Below, in pieces: positions 63,433 to 64,000 of a stretch of 64,000 bases of DNA. The translations under genes and the position numbers were made by a program. Source of the DNA: Podarcis vaucheri. Lineage: Eukaryota. Numbering within the stretch: position 1 is the first letter of the stretch; each line of letters opens with the position of its first letter. The stretch is taken from assembly GCA_965113315.1 (NCBI GenBank), contig OZ220368.1; one strand, given 5' to 3'. The notes under the pieces were generated by a model. That model searched no databases. It saw nothing but the letters and a program-made list of their open reading frames with translations, and had not been told where the DNA came from.

Positions 63433-64000
63433 GGCCTAAACCCTGAATGAAATAGATCTAGAAAATCAGTTAAATCCAAGAGCACTTGGATCACTCAAGA
63501 ACCCTGCCCAAGAATGGGAGATGGGCAACTGGCCAGTAATTATTTAGATTTTCCGAACCCAGGGAGGGTTTCTTGAGGAATAGTTTTACCGCAGCCTCCT
63601 TCAAGCAGGCTGGGACCATCCCCTCTCATTAGGAGGTATTAATCACCTCCCTTGCCCAGCCAGCTGTCCCCTCCCTCTGCTAGTTATTATCAGCCAAGAG
63701 GGGCAAGGGTCCAGAGCACAAGTGGCAGCCTGACCAATCAGAGCACCTTGTCTACATCCTTTATTCTTACTAACTGAAATTCATCCAACACAACAGAACT
63801 AGACAGATTCATCTGCTGTAACAGAGGAGTCAAGATCCTGGCGGATGCAAGTAATTTTATCCTCAAAATACTTTGCAAACAAGTCAGTGAGCTACTGTTG
63901 GTTCTGTCATCTCCTTTTGGCCGGATTGGCCAGATTTGGCCTTGCAGTACCCAGAAAAGCTCTACTGGATGGCAAATCAGAAGAAGGCTGGTCTATAAAA

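Larger units (their letters stand above)
30157..64000 (-). other. RNF220: 3' part of the very large upstream RNF220 intron (intron 2)
   Basis: No upstream RNF220 coding exon recognised in 34 kb; the RNF220 intron before this exon is very long in amniotes. Confidence 0.7.

Overview
Vertebrate nuclear DNA from a squamate reptile, most likely a lacertid lizard, judged from Sauria/Squam-type SINEs, CR1/L2/L1 LINE remnants and squamate MITEs. The window lies inside the minus-strand gene RNF220 (RING E3 ubiquitin ligase). Two short coding exons are visible: 30027-30156 (GKKKATLFDSQAPICPICQVLLRPGELQEHMEQEMEKLTQLNI) and 9387-9432 (S-KNSILKDVMAPGTPK). Both have canonical AG/GT borders and compatible phases. 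The rest is intron: many TE remnants, microsatellites, one 209-nt N gap, and about 15-20 repeat-free blocks rich in transcription-factor motifs that look like conserved developmental enhancers. Almost all ORFs in the supplied track are spurious or TE-derived. I found no prokaryotic-type system and no convincing new protein-coding gene. The best leads are the candidate enhancer array, a degenerate UBZ-like zinc finger in the RNF220 exon, a perfect Penelope-derived hairpin and several nested insertions with intact TSDs. All family assignments come from recalled consensus features, not database searches.
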